A stretch of 64,000 nt of DNA. It comes from Okamejei kenojei. Taxonomy: Eukaryota. Under the pieces are notes generated by a model. It made no database searches, had not been told where the DNA came from, and worked only from the letters and a program-made list of their open reading frames with translations. A program made the position numbers and the translations under genes. Below, piece by piece: positions 60,370 to 64,000 of this stretch. Each line of letters begins with the position of its first letter. The first letter of the stretch is position 1. The DNA lies in assembly GCA_035221665.1 (NCBI GenBank), contig CM069160.1, forward strand, positions 1,550,001-1,614,000. The letters run 5' to 3'.

Positions 60370-61836
60370 CAGCATGCGAATAGGCTGTTCGGCCCAACTT
60401 GCCCACACTGGTCAATATCTCCCTGCTACACTAGTCCCACATGCCCGTGTTTGGTCCATATCCCTCCAAACCTGTCCTATCCATGTACCTGTCTAGCTGT
60501 TTCTTAAATGTTGGGATAATCCCTGCCTCAACTACCTCTTCTGGCAGCTTGTTCCACACACCAACCACCCTTTGTTTGGAAAAAGTTATCCCTCAGATTT
60601 CTATTGAATCTTTTCCCCTTCACCTGGAACCTGTGTCCTCTGGTCCTCGCTTCACCTACTCTGGACAAGAGATTCTGTGCATCTACACAATTGATTTCTC
60701 GTCTGATTTTATACCTTTATAAGATTATCCCTCATCCTCCTGTGCTCCAAGGAATAGAGTCACAGCCTACTCAACCTCTCCCTATAGCCCTAGTCCCTGG
60801 CAACAACCTCATAAATCTTCTCCGCACCCTTTCCAGCTTGATAAAATCTTTCCTATAACACGGTGGCCAGAGCTGAAACCAATACTTAAAACGCGGCCTC
60901 ACGGACGTCTTGTATAAGTGCAACATGGCCCCCAACTTCTATACTCAATACTCTGACTGATGGTAAATGTGCCAAATGCCTTTTTGACCACCCTGACATC
61001 CAGTGACTCCACCTTTAAGGAACCATGCAGCTGTACTCCAAGATCCCTCTGCCTCAGCCCTACAACACTCCCCAGAGTGCTACCATGCACTGTGCAGGTC
61101 CTGTCTATGTAAGACTTCCCAAAATGCAACACCTTAGAAACATAGATAGAAACATAGAAAACAGGTGCAGGAGGAGGCCATTCGGCTGATCGTCCGCTAT
61201 CAATAACCCGTGCCTGCCTTTTCCCCATATCCCTTGACTCCACTAGCCCGTAGAGCTCTTTCCAACTCTCTCTTAAATCCATCCAGTGATTTGGCCTCCA
61301 CTGCCCTCTGTGGCAGGGAATTCCATAAATTCACAACTCTCTGGGTAAAAAACTTTTTTCTCAGCTCAGTCTTAAATGACCTCCCCTTTATTCTAAGACT
61401 ATGGCCCCTAGTTCTGGACTCACCCAACATTGGGAAAATTTTTCCTGCATCTAGCTTGTCCAGTCCTTTTATAGTTTTATATGTTTCTATAATTCGCCCC
61501 TCATCCTTCTAAACACCAGTGAATACAAGCCTAGTCTTTTCAATCTTTCCTCATATGACAGTCCCACCATCGAAGGGATCAATCTCGTGAACCTACGCTG
61601 CACTGCCTCAATCACAAGGATGCCCTTAGTCAAATTAGGAGACCAAAACTGTACACAATACTCCAGATGTGCTCTCACCAGAGCCCTATACAACTGCAGA
61701 AGAACCTCTTGTCATGAAGGCCAACATTCCATTAGCTTTCTTCACTGCCTGCTGTACCTGCACGCCAACTTTCAGTGACCGGTGTACAAGGACACCCAGG
61801 TATCGCTGTACCTCCCCCTTACCTAACCTAACCCCC
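60370..61836 (-). mobile_element. Two CR1-type LINE fragments
   Basis: ORFs 61200-61430 and 61487-61693, plus an older copy at about 60370-61135. Confidence 0.88.
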
Positions 61837-61879
61837 TTATAATTTTTTGTATTAAATTCCATCAACCGTTCTTCAGAGC

Positions 61880-62060
61880 AATCTCGGCCGCTTTCATTTT
61901 GTGTAGAGAAACAAATGGTCTCCGGAGGATGCCATCTCTCTTGCAATACATCCGTCCTTGCGTCATCTTGACAACAGCAATATCTGTCCGTTGACGACAG
62001 TTCAACTGTCAACACCATAATGAAGAACAGACTCAGGCCTAAACGTCTAGATTTAAGGGC
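61880..62060 (+). mobile_element. Rex1-like RT remnant
   Basis: tctccggaggatgccatctctcttgcaatacat..catcttgacaac reads SPEDAISLAIH..HLDN. Confidence 0.5.
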
Positions 62061-63132
62061 TCTCTCTGCAACTGTGTTCACAACTTCTTACCACCTGGAT
62101 GTGATCTTGCGGAGGTGCATAAAATCATGAAAGGAGTAAATCGGGAAACGCATACTCTAGAGAATAGAGAACCAGAGGACATAGGTTTAAGTTGAAGAGT
62201 GAATGATTTAATAGGAATTCGATGGGTAATCGAGGTAGAAATAGCCCAACACATCAAATTTTTGGACGTAAACATCTCGAACAATGTATCCTACTCTCAC
62301 CTCTATGTGAGCTTTCTCTTCCCATTGCAATCAGTCTGAAGAAGGAGCCTGATCAGGAAAGGTCACCTATCAAGGCTTCTCCAGAACCATCTTCATACTT
62401 CTGCCTGCCGCACGCAGTTATCCTTGCACTGTGTGTTTTGATGCCTCTTTGAGCTGTTGTTCCTATGGGAATTAACTACTTCCACTCTTGTTCATTGACT
62501 CCATATTGTTAATCTGTATATTGTTCCTAAGGCTGGCCAAATAGTACCCAAACCCACCGAGTCCGCGCCGACCCGCTCACTTGCACTATCCGAAGGTAGA
62601 CACAAAAAAACAGGTAATTCTGGCCACTTCTTGGGTCGAGACCCTTCTTCAGACTGAGAGTCTGGGGAAAGGGAAACGACGAACATCATGATGTCGAGAG
62701 ATATAGAACATATCCTATTTTAGTTCCATTTTTGCTTGGTCACCATATTCCGGACGGGCCCACGGGGCACTTCTACAGTTGTTGACGACTTATCCATGAA
62801 AGTGATTGTTTATTGATCGCATGTGTAACATTAGATGTCTTTGGTAATTGCATTTTTTGGTCCATTGCTGAAAGAGGGTACAGTTAACGGGTTGTGTAAC
62901 TAAATAAGAGAACACGTTGGGGGTGAAATGTGCACACGGAAATAGATTTAATGTGAATGTGCAATAAATGTCACGGTCTAACTCGCACTCACATATCGTT
63001 CAATGCAGTTATTGAACTGCTGCTGAAGAAGTGTCTCGAGCCGAAACGCGAACTACTTTTTTCTCTCCAGAGATGCTGCCTGACCAGCTGGGTTACTCCA
63101 GCTGTTTGTGTCTGTCTGCAGTTATTTAGGTA

Positions 63133-64000
63133 CAGTGGCTTGCAAAAGTTTTCATACCCCTTGAACTTTTCCACATTTTGTTACGTTACAACCACACACG
63201 TAAATGTATTTTATTGGGATTTTATGTGATAGACCAACGCAAAGTGGTGCATAATTGTGAAGTGGAAGGAAAATGATACATGGTTTCCAAATTTTAATAC
63301 AAATAAAAAACTGAAAAGTGTGGTGTGCAAAAGTATTCAGCCCCCCTGAGTCAATACTTTGTAGAACCACCTTTCCCTGCAATTACAGCTGCCAGTCTTT
63401 TGGGGTATGTCTCTACCAGCTTTGCACATCTAGAGACTGAAATTTGTGCCTATTTTTCTTTGCAAAATAGCTCAAGCTCAGTCAGATTGGATGGAGAGCG
63501 TCTGTGAACAGCAATTTTCAAGTCTTGCCAGAGATTCTCAATTGGATTTAGGTCTGGACTTTGACTGGGCCATTCTAACACATGAATATGCTTTGATCTA
63601 AACCATTCCATTGTAGCTCTGGCTGTATGTTTAGGGTCGTTGTCCTGCTGGAAGGTGAACCTCCGCCCCAGTCTCAAGTCTTTTGCAGACTCTAACAGGT
63701 TTTCTTCCAAGATTGCCCTGTATTTGGCTCCATCCATCTTCCCATCAACTCTGACCAGCTTCTCTGTCCCTGCTGAAGAAAAGCATCCCCACAGCATGAT
63801 GCTGCGACCACCATATTTCACAGTGGGGATGGTGTGTTCAGGGCGATGTGCAGTGTTGGTTTTCCGCCACACATAGCGTTTTGTATTTAGGCCAAAAACT
63901 TCAATTTTGGTCTCATCAGACCAGAGCATCTTCCTCCACATGTTTGCTGTGTCCCCCACATGGCTTGTGGCAAACTGAAAACGGGACTTCTTATGGCTTT
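63133..64000 (-). mobile_element. Tc1/mariner (DD34E) transposon, same family, runs off window
   Basis: TA at 63131-32 then the same terminal repeat. ORF 63450-63959 has WSDETK, QQDNDPKH and SPDLNPIE with 34 residues between D and E. Premature TAG at 63450; natural stop about 63351. Confidence 0.95.

Overview
Vertebrate genomic DNA, inferred to be from a cartilaginous fish (probably a skate or ray), based on the repeat families and the class I protein sequence. It is part of the MHC class I region. The minus strand carries a classical-type MHC class I heavy-chain gene: leader 12465-12408, alpha1 5156-4896, alpha2 4121-3849, alpha3 2025-1746, TM 701-593. Its cytoplasmic exons were not found and probably lie left of the window. 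The plus strand carries the immunoproteasome subunit gene PSMB9/LMP2 (six exons, 31811-55217, polyA signal 55346). The two genes are divergent, with a 500-N gap between them and no recognisable TAP1 exon. Several exons have many indels, most likely sequencing-consensus errors. The rest is CR1-type LINE fragments, tRNA-derived V-SINEs, Penelope-like and Rex1-like remnants, two Tc1 (DD34E) transposons and large intronic minisatellites. Most notable non-obvious observations: a minisatellite-built cluster of NF-kB sites in class I intron 2; a degenerate 18S rRNA 3' end fused directly to a SINE head; dispersed minimal hammerhead-ribozyme-like motifs; a 19-copy 21-bp array derived from CR1 coding sequence next to the class I promoter; minisatellites that amplify splice-signal-like sequence beside exons; and tandem in-frame start codons in the PSMB9 propeptide. 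All calls were made by eye, and repeat boundaries are approximate.
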